From positions 4,860,001 through 4,892,000 of the forward strand of contig NZ_LN831039.1 in NCBI RefSeq assembly GCF_001457595.1: a stretch of DNA of 32,000 nt. The letters are read 5' to 3'. The DNA is from Mycolicibacterium smegmatis (lineage in GTDB: Bacteria > Actinomycetota > Actinomycetes > Mycobacteriales > Mycobacteriaceae). Shown here in pieces: positions 28,412 through 32,000 of the stretch; the stretch's first letter is position 1, and each line of letters begins with the position of its first letter. A program made the position numbers and the translations under genes. The notes under the pieces are model-generated. The model was given only the letters and a program-made list of their open reading frames with translations. It had not been told where the DNA came from and searched no databases.

Positions 28412-28432
28412 TATTCTCAGTCCACGAGAATA
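28412..28432. promoter_or_regulatory. Inverted repeat TATTCTC-N7-GAGAATA in the divergent promoter region
   Basis: Perfect 7-bp arms; TATTCT on either strand also fits a TANNNT -10 hexamer. Confidence 0.55.
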
Positions 28433-28444
28433 CCAATACCGGAA

Positions 28445-29173
28445 GTGGAGAACGATTTGGTCGACCTCGAACTCGACGGCGAACTTGCGGTCATCACCAT
28501 CGACCGGCCGCACGCCCGCAATGCCATCTCGCTCGACACCATGGACGAGCTCGACAAGGCGCTCGACGGGGCGGCCGGTTCGCGCGCACTGGCCATCACG
28601 GGCGCGGGCGACCGCGCGTTCGTGTCCGGGGGCGACCTCAAAGAACTTGCCGCACTTCGCACCGAACGCGAGGCCGGGGCCATGGCATGGCGCATGCGCT
28701 CGATCTGCGACCGCATCGCCGGGTTTCCCGGCCCTGTGATCGCCGCGCTCAACGGACACGCCCTCGGTGGCGGCGCCGAAGTGGCCGTATCGGCCGACAT
28801 CCGGATCGCGGCCGATGACGTCAAGATCGGATTCAACCAGGTCGCCCTTGAGATCATGCCCGCGTGGGGCGGCGCCGAGCGTCTGGTGACACTCGTCGGC
28901 CGCAGCCGGGCCCTGTTGCTCGCGGGCACCGGACGCGTGCTCGACGCCGCCGAGGCCGAGCGCGTCGGACTCGTCGATCAGGTCCTGCCGCGCGCCGAAT
29001 TCGCCGACGGGTGGCGGGCTCTGGCACACACGCTCGCCGGGCGCCCGGCCGGCGAGATCAAACGCGTGATGGGTGGCGTCCCCGCCACCGAGGCCGTGGC
29101 GGCGTTCGCGCGCCTGTGGGTCGCCGAAGAGCACTGGGCGGCCGCCGACAAGGTGATGAACAAGAAGAAGTGA
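28445..29173 (+). CDS. Enoyl-CoA hydratase/isomerase (crotonase) family protein
   Basis: GDRAFVSGGDLKELAALR, ALNGHALGGGAEVAVSADIRIAADDVKIGFNQVALEIMPAWGGAERL. Confidence 0.9.
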   Translation: MENDLVDLELDGELAVITIDRPHARNAISLDTMDELDKALDGAAGSRALAITGAGDRAFVSGGDLKELAALRTEREAGAMAWRMRSICDRIAGFPGPVIAALNGHALGGGAEVAVSADIRIAADDVKIGFNQVALEIMPAWGGAERLVTLVGRSRALLLAGTGRVLDAAEAERVGLVDQVLPRAEFADGWRALAHTLAGRPAGEIKRVMGGVPATEAVAAFARLWVAEEHWAAADKVMNKKK

Positions 29174-29193
29174 ACCGGTGGGATCTCCGGCGA

Positions 29194-29718
29194 TCACGCG
29201 CCGCCGAGTTCGCGCACCGGGTCCGAACCGTCCCACGCCCTCACGGCCTGCCGCACGAAGGTGGCCATACCGGCTGACGCGTCGGTGAGTTCCATGATCT
29301 CGATGACCGTCGCCCCCGCGGGTGGCTCGTAGTACGCGAAGCGCACGCCCTCGGCTTCCCCTCCCGACCACACCTCGGGCCAGCCCGCGTCTTCGAGGTC
29401 GGCGACGGCCGCGTCGAAGTCCCTTGCCCAGTAAGCGAGCTGATGGAAGCCACCGCCGGTGGCGGCCAGGAATTCGGTGAACACGCTGTGGGTGTCGCCG
29501 TGCTGCTGGATGAGTTCGATCTGCAGGTCGCCGCTGTTGGACAGCGCCAGCGACAGCGTCACCTCACACGGCTCACCGCGGAACCGGACCCGCTGCGTCA
29601 TCCCGCGGATGACGAACCACGGACCGACGCCCATCTGCAGCCACCGTGAGATGGCGTCGTCGAGGTCGGCCACCACGTAGCCGATCTGGCAGATCGAACC
29701 GGGCAGCACCGGATTCAT
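29194..29718 (-). CDS. VOC (glyoxalase/bleomycin resistance) superfamily protein
   Basis: SICQIGYVVADLDDAISRWLQMGVGPWFV..., LIQQHGDTHSVFTEFL, GGFHQLAYWARDFDAAVADLE; RBS AGAGAGGA ahead of ATG. Confidence 0.85.
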   Translation of the reverse strand: MNPVLPGSICQIGYVVADLDDAISRWLQMGVGPWFVIRGMTQRVRFRGEPCEVTLSLALSNSGDLQIELIQQHGDTHSVFTEFLAATGGGFHQLAYWARDFDAAVADLEDAGWPEVWSGGEAEGVRFAYYEPPAGATVIEIMELTDASAGMATFVRQAVRAWDGSDPVRELGGA

Positions 29719-29779
29719 CGCATCCTCTCTGAAATCTGCGGGTGAAAGAGCCTGCTCCCCAGCCTAGTGAGGTACTCGG

Positions 29780-29796
29780 TTCTCACTGGACGAGAA
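29780..29796. promoter_or_regulatory. Inverted repeat TTCTC-N7-GAGAA in divergent intergenic region
   Basis: GTTCTCACTGGACGAGAATCACATTT upstream of the DUF35 gene and of the divergent VOC gene; same architecture as at 28412-28432. Confidence 0.5.
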
Positions 29797-29821
29797 TCAC
29801 ATTTCCGGTTATCGTCAGCAC

Positions 29822-30253
29822 GTGTCCACTCAGAAAGCCCTGGCGCCCGAGATCTCCACCTGGCCCGATGAGAATCCGCAGTTGATCGGCAGCAGATGCG
29901 ACACCTGCGGGTCCTACGTGTTCCCCGTGCAGGACCACTGCCCCAGGTGCAGCAGCGCCGACACCTCAGAGGTGCTGCTCCCCCGCCGCGGCACCGTCGT
30001 CGCGTGGACCACGCAGGGCTTCCCGCCCGGCGCCCCGTACGCGGGCCCCACGGGTAAGGACTTCGTGCCGTTCGGTGTCGGCCTGGTCGAACTCGCCGAC
30101 GAGACCGGCCCCGTCATCCGCGTCGAGGGCCGGTTGACCGAAAACGACCCGGACAAGCTGGAATTCGGCCAGCAGGTCGAGCTCACGATGATTCCGTTCA
30201 CCACCGACGACGAGGGCAACGAGGTCGTCACGTTCGCGTTCCAGCCGGTCTGA
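29822..30253 (+). CDS. DUF35 (Zn-ribbon + OB-fold) acyl-CoA-associated protein
   Basis: Zn-ribbon SRCDTCGSYVFPVQDHCPRCSS (CxxC...CxxC) followed by OB-fold PRRGTVVAWTTQ...; immediately upstream of the thiolase-fold gene. Confidence 0.9.
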   Translation: MSTQKALAPEISTWPDENPQLIGSRCDTCGSYVFPVQDHCPRCSSADTSEVLLPRRGTVVAWTTQGFPPGAPYAGPTGKDFVPFGVGLVELADETGPVIRVEGRLTENDPDKLEFGQQVELTMIPFTTDDEGNEVVTFAFQPV

Positions 30254-30265
30254 GGAGGTTCAGCA

Positions 30266-31411
30266 ATGACCAATGACGTCGCCATCATCGGCGTGGGACT
30301 GCATCCGTTCGGCCGCTTCGACAAGCCCGCGGTGCAGATGGGCGCCGAGGCCATCCGCCTGGCCCTGAAGGACGCCGGGGTCGAGTGGAAGGACATCCAG
30401 TTCGGGTTCGGCGGCAGTTACGAGGTGTCCAACCCGGACTCGGTGACCCGCCTGGTGGGCCTGACCGGCATCACGTTCACCAACGTGTTCAACGCGTGCG
30501 CCACCTCGGCGAGCGCGATCCAGCAGACCGCAGACACGATCCGGCTGGGCAAGTACGACATCGGCGTGGCCGTCGGGCTGGACAAGCATCCGCGCGGCGC
30601 GTTCACCGACGATCCGGCCAAGCTCGCACTGCCGCAGTGGTACGCGCAGAACGGGCAGTTCGTCACCACCAAGTTCTTCGGAATGAAGGCCAACAAGTAT
30701 CTCCACGACCACAACATCAGCCAGGACACGCTGGCGCGCGTGGCCAACAAGAACTTCCGCAACGGCGCACTGAACCCGAATGCGTTCCGGCGCAAGGAGA
30801 TCTCGGTCGAGGAAATCCTCGCCTCACCCACGCTGAACCACCCGCTGACGCAATACATGTTCTGCGCACCCGACGAGGGCGCGGCCGCGGTGATCATGTG
30901 CCGGGCCGACATCGCGCACAAGTTCACCGACAAGCCGGTGTACGTGCGCGCCAGCGAGATCCGCACGCGGACCTTCGGCGCCTACGAGGTGCACGCGACC
31001 TCGGCGCCGCCCGAGTCCGACGCCGCGCCCACGGTGTACGCGGCCAGGGCGGCCTACGAGGCCGCGGGCATCGGCCCCGAGGACGTCGACATCGCGCAGT
31101 TGCAGGACACCGACGCCGGTGCCGAGGTGATCCACATGGCCGAGACCGGGCTGTGCGCCGACGGCGATCAGGAGAAGCTGATCGCCGAGGGCGCCACCGA
31201 GATCGATGGTTCGATCCCCGTCAACACCGACGGCGGCCTGATCGCCAACGGTGAGCCGATCGGGGCCTCGGGTCTGCGCCAGATGCATGAACTCGTACGC
31301 CAGTTGCGCGGCGAGGCCGGCGACCGCCAGGTGCCCGGCAACCCCCGTGTCGGGCTCGCGCAGGTCTACGGCGCACCCGGCACCGCATCCGCCACGATCC
31401 TTTCCCTCTGA
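30266..31411 (+). CDS. Thiolase-superfamily (lipid-transfer/SCP-x thiolase-like) protein, possible aldolase
   Basis: MTNDVAIIGVGLHPFGRFD, TFTNVFNACATSASAIQQTADTIRLGKYDIGVAVG, GGLIANGEPIGASGLRQ, VGLAQVYGAPGTASATIL. Confidence 0.9.
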   Translation: MTNDVAIIGVGLHPFGRFDKPAVQMGAEAIRLALKDAGVEWKDIQFGFGGSYEVSNPDSVTRLVGLTGITFTNVFNACATSASAIQQTADTIRLGKYDIGVAVGLDKHPRGAFTDDPAKLALPQWYAQNGQFVTTKFFGMKANKYLHDHNISQDTLARVANKNFRNGALNPNAFRRKEISVEEILASPTLNHPLTQYMFCAPDEGAAAVIMCRADIAHKFTDKPVYVRASEIRTRTFGAYEVHATSAPPESDAAPTVYAARAAYEAAGIGPEDVDIAQLQDTDAGAEVIHMAETGLCADGDQEKLIAEGATEIDGSIPVNTDGGLIANGEPIGASGLRQMHELVRQLRGEAGDRQVPGNPRVGLAQVYGAPGTASATILSL

Positions 31412-31422
31412 GGTGTTCTCCC

Positions 31423-31484
31423 CGCGAGCAGACGCAGAACTGCCTGTTTTCAGCGCTTTTCAGGCAGTTATATGTCTGCTCGCG
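31423..31484. terminator. Large compound hairpin, candidate bidirectional terminator between convergent genes
   Basis: CGCGAGCAGAC / GTCTGCTCGCG (11 bp) enclosing AACTGCCTG / CAGGCAGTT (9 bp), 4x4 internal loop, 14-nt apical loop TTTTCAGCGCTTTT. Confidence 0.65.
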
Positions 31485-31493
31485 AGGGAAAGG

Positions 31494-32000
31494 TCAGCCC
31501 GCTGCTTCGATCGGCAGCGGTTCGCCTTCGATGCGTCGCAGCCAGCCTTCGCAGAACTCGAGCACCTCGGCGTGCCCGGCCGACATCCCGAGCGCCTGTT
31601 CCATCACCATCACGCGCGACACGCTGGTCGCCAGGAAGGTCCACACGATCGGGGGCACGTCGGCCGCGTTGACGCCGTAGCGGTCCAGCGCGGCTGTCAT
31701 CGCCTTGGTCTGCTCGTCACGGAATCGTTCGGCGTAGCGGCCGATCTCCGTGCGCAGGGCCTTGCGGTGATTGGCCACACCCATGATCTCCATCGTCAAC
31801 CGCGTCGCACTGGGGTCGATGCCGAAGCGCCACAACGCCCACAGCGGCTGCGGCGAGTCGAGCGCACGGGCCTGCGCCGCCAGGCCCTCCTCGGCGCGCC
31901 TGCGGAACACCGCGAGGAACAGATCGTCCATGGTGCGGAAGTAGTAGTGCACCAGTTGCGGCTTGAGGCCGGCCCGCTCCGCGACCCGGCGGGACGTGAC
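31494..32000 (-). CDS. TetR-family transcriptional regulator (N-terminus cut off by window edge)
   Basis: Minus strand through the edge reads VTSRRVAERAGLKPQLVHYYFRTMDDLFLAVFRRRAEEGL..., the recognition helix of a TetR HTH; the ORF track starts it artificially at 31952. Confidence 0.88.
   Translation of the reverse strand, partial: VTSRRVAERAGLKPQLVHYYFRTMDDLFLAVFRRRAEEGLAAQARALDSPQPLWALWRFGIDPSATRLTMEIMGVANHRKALRTEIGRYAERFRDEQTKAMTAALDRYGVNAADVPPIVWTFLATSVSRVMVMEQALGMSAGHAEVLEFCEGWLRRIEGEPLPIEAAG

Noticed and set aside
24353-28739. Plus-strand ORFs 24353..25681, 25588..26928 and 27432..28739
   Set aside because: Antisense shadows of the two ligases and the amidohydrolase, which have canonical motifs.
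28376-29371. 331-aa minus-strand ORF over the crotonase gene
   Set aside because: Antisense of a clear crotonase; composition is not protein-like.
1-32000. CRISPR arrays, tRNA/rRNA genes, insertion sequences, toxin-antitoxin or phage defence genes
   Set aside because: No regularly spaced repeats, structured RNA signatures, transposases or recognisable defence domains were seen by eye; a tool-based scan would be needed to exclude them formally.

Overview
High-GC actinobacterial window. Gene content and order (DUF3618 protein, bcp, M20 peptidase, acpS, type I fas) match a Mycobacterium/Mycolicibacterium chromosome; the organism call is inference. Left half: bcp-type peroxiredoxin, Ca2+/cation antiporter, M20 dipeptidase, and the acpS-fas pair, with fas coding a 3089-aa type I fatty acid synthase. 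Next come a roughly 1.3-kb region without a convincing gene, a four-gene spermidine/putrescine-type ABC importer, a MerR-like regulator, an MFS transporter, an LtrA-like membrane protein, a short BTAD/SARP-like DNA-binding protein overlapped by a 41-aa small ORF absent from the ORF track, and two Mce-associated-like membrane proteins. Right end: an acyl-CoA catabolism-like cluster (two acyl-CoA synthetases, amidohydrolase, crotonase, VOC protein, DUF35 plus thiolase-fold protein, TetR). The points most worth following: (a) a recurring GAGAAT/ATTCTC element in four intergenic regions of or next to that cluster, possibly one uncharacterised regulon; (b) a DUF35/thiolase-like pair whose thiolase-fold protein lacks canonical C-terminal thiolase residues, next to a crotonase lacking one of the two catalytic glutamates; (c) the overlapping 41-aa membrane microprotein; (d) perfect palindromes in two divergent intergenic regions; (e) a dense group of GTAAC/GTTAC dyads upstream of fas; (f) a large compound hairpin between convergent genes. 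No CRISPR, tRNA/rRNA, transposase or phage genes were recognised, and I saw no clear novel defence or mobile system.
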